64,000 nt of DNA from Anaeramoeba ignava BMAN (Eukaryota > Protista > Anaeramoebae). The position numbers and the translations under genes were made by a program. Numbering within the stretch: position 1 is the first letter of the stretch; each line of letters begins with the position of its first letter. The stretch covers positions 1-64,000 of the forward strand of contig JAPDFW010000122.1 of NCBI GenBank assembly GCA_028826165.1. Direction: 5' to 3'. The notes beneath the pieces were generated by a model. That model searched no databases and was not told where the DNA came from. It worked only from the letters and a program-made list of their open reading frames with translations. Shown one piece after another: positions 60,028 through 64,000 of this stretch.

Positions 60028-63000
60028 ATGAGTGATTCTCCAAAAGAAATTGATTCAACAAAAAAATCAAAACATCATTCAAAACATCATTCAAAACATC
60101 ATTCAAAACATCATTCAAAACATCATTCAAAACATCATTCAAAACATCATTCAAAACATCATTCAAAACCAAAACCAAAATCAAAATCAAATTCAAATTC
60201 AAATTCAAATTCAAAATCAAATAAGAAAAATCAAAATCAAAATCAAAATCAAAATCAAATTCAAAATCAAAATCAAATTCAAAATCAAATTCAAAATCAA
60301 AATCAAATTCAAATTCAAAATCAAAATCAAAATCAAAATCAAAATCAAAATAAAATAAATCTTCAAGAACAAATTATTCAAATGCAAAATCAAATTCAAA
60401 TTTTAATGCAAAATCAAAATCAAAATCAAAATCAAAATCAAAATCAAAATCAAAATCAAAATCAAAATCAAAATCAAAATCAAAATCAAAATCAAAATCA
60501 AAATCAAAATCAAAATCAAAATCAAAATCAAAATCAAAATCAAAACCAAAACCAAAACCAAAATCAAAATCAAAATCAAAATCAAAATCAAAATCAAAAT
60601 CAAAATCAAAATCAAAATATAAATCAAAATCAAAATCAAAATCAAAATCAAAATCAAAATCAAAATCAAAATCAAATCCAAAATCAAATCCAAAATCAAA
60701 ATCAAAATCAAAATCAAAATCAAAATCAAAATCAAAATCAAAATCAAAATGAAATTCAAAATCAAAATCAAAATCAAAATCAAAATGAAGAAATTCAATC
60801 CAAAATTAAAAAATTGAATAAATTCTTAATAAATCAAGCAAATAAACAAATTGGTTTAATGTTTGGAAATGAAGAAACTTCAGATTTTCAAATTTATTGT
60901 GGAAAAGATAAAATTTTAATTCCTTGTCATAAATCAATTTTAGAAGCTCGTTCAAAATATTTTATGATAAACAGAAGAGAAAATAAATTTAATTCAATTT
61001 ATTTTAATAATTTTAGTTCTGAAATTGTTAAGCCAATTATTAAATTTTTTTATAATGGAAAATTTAAATTTGATAAACGAAAATTTGATGAATATTTTAA
61101 ATTTGCAAATCAAATTAAATTAAAAGAAATTCAAATCAAAATTGAACTTGAAATTCAATCAATTTTTAATATTCAAAATATTTTAGAAATTTATTTCAAA
61201 TCTCAAGAAATTAATTCACAAAATCTTTCTCAAAATTGTGAAGAATTTATTTTCCAAAATATTCAATTTATCATTTCAAATCCAAATTTTGATAAATATT
61301 TAAATCAAAATCAAAATCAAATTTACAATTTTATTGGATTAATTTCTTTAAATCAAAATATCCCAAATCAACTTCAAATTATTCAACAAATTGAACAAAA
61401 ATGGAATCAAAATAATCAGAAAAAATTGATAAAATTAATTAAATTTGAAATAAATGAAAATGAAAATGAAATAAATGAAATTGAAAATTCTTTTTCAAAT
61501 TTATTAAATCAAATTTCACAAACAAAATCAATTAATCAAATTCAAATTCAACAAATCAAAAATAAATCAATTTCCCAACTTCAAAATAAAATTGTTTTAT
61601 TAAATTCAAATATTGAAGAATTTAAAGAAAAAGAATTTCAACCTTTACAAAAGAATCAGATTCTTCTTGATTTCCAAATAGCTGATAAACAAAAAGAAAA
61701 AGAAAAATTAGAAAAAATTAAAAAAGAAATTGAAGAAATTAAAGAAGAATATAAAAAATGGAAAAAAGAAATTCAAGAAAAATTTCAACAATTAATTCAA
61801 AATAATGAAAAAATGAAAAAAGAAAATTTACAAGAATTTAATAAAAGAATTATTAATTTGAAAGATTTATTTGAACAAAATAGAAAAAAAGATTTAGAAA
61901 ATTTTCAAAAAAAAATTGAAGAAATCCAAAATAAATTCAAAGAAATAAAGAATATAAATTTGGAAGAAATTGATAAAAAATATCAAGAATTAATAAATTT
62001 TCCCAAATTAAAAACAGAAGAAGATTTAAAATTATTTGAAGAAACAATTCAACAATTTAAAAATGAATTTGAACAAAAAAAAAAGAAAGAAATTGAAGAA
62101 TTTAAAGAATTTATTCAACAAAACAAAATTGAAAATGAAAATGAAAATTTAGAAAAAATTATTCAAGAAATAAAAAATAGAATTAAATTCCAAAAAAATA
62201 AATATTTAGAAAAAATTGAAAAGAAAATTCAAGAAATTGAAATTAAAAATGAAAATTTAAATGAAATTGAAAAAATAATTCAAGATTTTAACAATGAAAT
62301 TGAAAAAAGAAAAAATGAATTTTATTCAAAAATTGATCAAGAAATCAAAAATATTCAAAATGAAATTGAAAATCAAAAATTAAAAATAGAAATTCTTCAA
62401 TCAACAGAAAAAACAATAAATTTTTTACAAGATCTTTCAAATTCAATTCAACAACAAGATAAAAGTAAATCAAACTCAAAAACAAAACAAAAGAAAATTT
62501 AATTTAATTTAATTTAATTTAATTTAATATTTTTAAACCAAAAACAAAAGAAATAATTGAAATTGATATTCCTTTTATTGCCGAATGTATGAATAAATTT
62601 CCAAATAATGAAATTATTCAAGAAAATGGATGTTTTATTTTACAAAAATTTGCAAAAGAAAATGAAGGTAAAATATTTATTTTTTTGAAACAATTTTTGA
62701 ATAACAATATTAAAAATAATAATTGAAATTTTAAAGATAATCAAATAGAAATAAAAAAATTTAATGGATTTGAACCTCTTATAAATGTAATGAATAATTT
62801 CCCAAATAATGAAGATATTCAAATAAAAGCATCTGAAGCTTTATTAATATTTTCAGGAGGATTAAAAAGTAAATTAATTTCTTTTTTTAACAAAATCATA
62901 AATCAAAAATCATAAATCAAAAAAAAAAATGAATTATTTGCAAATTTAAATCTTTTTCTTTTTCTTCTTTCACAAAACAAAAAGGAGAAGAAATAGAAAA

Positions 63001-64000
63001 TCGGAAATTACAAGGAATTGAAATTTCTAAATTAAATGGAATTAAAACAATTATTAATACAATCAATAATTATCCAAATAATCAAATTATTCAAGAAAAA
63101 TCTATTTCAATTTTAATTAATATTGCAATTAATTCAGGTAAAAAAATTTATAAGAAAAAACAAATATTTATTTCCATAATTTTTACATTTCCAATTCTCA
63201 TCAAAAATTTTAAAAAATTTAATTTATAAAATGAAATGAGAAAATTAATTTCAATTTCAATTTCAAATTTATTTCCCAAAAAAAATATCAAAAAAATAGA
63301 AAACAGAATTGAAATTAGAAATTTAAAAGGAATTGAACCTATTATTAAATCAATGAATAATTTCCCAAATAATCAAGATATTCAAGAAAATGGATGTGGA
63401 GCTTTATTGAATATTGCTGTTGATAATGGTAAATAAAAAATAATCAAAAATCCAAATATTTTAATCAATTATTTATTATTAATTATTAATCAAAAAAAAT
63501 ATTTAATCAATTTCAATTTATTTCCAAAAAAATCCAAAAAAAATTAATTTCAATTTCAATTTATTTTCCAAAAAAAAATATCAAAAAAAATAGAAAACCA
63601 AATTGAAATTAGAAATTTAAAAGGAATTGAACCTATTATTAAATCAATGAATAATTTCCCAAATAATAAAGATATTCAAGAAAAAGGATGTTGGGCTTTA
63701 TCGAATATTGCTGTTGATAATGGTAAATAAAAAATAATCAAAAATCCAAATATTTTAATCAATTATTTATTATTAATTATTAATCAAAAAAAATATTTAA
63801 TTAATTTCGATTTATTTCCAAAAAAATCCAAAACAAATTAATTTCAATTTCAATTTCAATTTCAATTTCAATTTCAATTTATTTCCCAAAAAAATAGAAA
63901 ACCAAATTGAAATTAGAAATTTAAAAGGAATTGAACCTATTATTAAATCAATGAATAATTTCCCAAATAATCAAGATATTCAAGAAAAAGGATGTGGAGC
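60028..64000 (+). CDS. KHHS/NQ low-complexity + BTB + coiled-coil + ARM-like repeat protein (3' end outside window)
   Basis: Exon 1 (60028..62464) contains a BTB domain (ETSDFQIYCGKDKILIPCHKSILEARSKYF...IIKFFYNGKF). Then phase-1 exons 62551..62667, 62737..62868, ~62997..63137, 63300..63428, 63594..63722 and 63898..>64000, each encoding one repeat (GIEPIIKSMNNFPNNxDIQExGCxALxNIA). Confidence 0.85.
60067..60786 (+). repeat. Coding repeats: (TCAAAACATCAT)x8 = (SKHH)n, then (AATCAA)n = poly-NQ
   Basis: Seen directly in the DNA and in ORF 60028..62502. Confidence 0.9.
63235..64000 (+). repeat. Tandem ~300-bp intron+exon units
   Basis: The 129-nt exons at 63300, 63594 and 63898 are nearly identical. 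Introns 63429..63593 and 63723..63897 share gtaaataaaaa(a)taatcaaaaatccaaatattttaatcaattatttattattaattattaatc. Confidence 0.92.

Noticed and set aside
63235-64000. CRISPR-like repeat/spacer appearance
   Set aside because: The units are ~300-bp exon+intron duplicates with splice sites and an open ARM-like frame. There are no unique spacers or cas genes, and the context is eukaryotic.
1-64000. Alternative genetic code or stop-codon reassignment to explain the broken genes
   Set aside because: Multi-kb ORFs (RPA2, paralog D) are open in the standard code and end at expected positions, and the breaks examined are frame changes rather than in-frame stops.
1-64000. tRNA, rRNA, transposase or reverse transcriptase genes
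   Set aside because: No recognisable motifs or GC-rich structured segments of suitable size were seen by eye; a covariance search was not possible.

Overview
Very AT-rich eukaryotic (protist) genomic DNA using the standard genetic code, with GT-AG spliceosomal introns and mostly very short intergenic spacers. The mix of NQ homopeptides, microsatellite-filled introns, giant ankyrin-BTB families and an intein-bearing RNA polymerase resembles the anaerobic metamonad Anaeramoeba; this is inference, not verified. Genes in order: frameshifted 3' part of acetyl-CoA carboxylase (+); Nodulin-like MFS transporter with a 3.2-kb microsatellite intron (-); ankyrin-DH-PH RhoGEF (-); TLC-domain protein (-); NRF-6/OACYL acyltransferase (+); FYVE protein (+); a ~17.7-kb cluster of four intronless giant ankyrin-array + tandem-BTB paralogs; a 4xPH + EF-hand protein (+); a large ScaA-like multi-exon gene (+); RPA2 carrying two inteins (+); MED27 (-); and a BTB/coiled-coil/ARM-like gene (+) that runs off the window. 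The most notable items are: (1) two distinct inteins with degenerate LAGLIDADG domains in RPA2; (2) a DARPin-like ankyrin-BTB-BTB family with mosaic tails; (3) one-repeat-per-exon, all phase-1 ARM cassettes with duplicated introns; (4) oriented, G-poor repeat expansions inside introns. Many single-base frameshifts lie in A runs and may be assembly errors.
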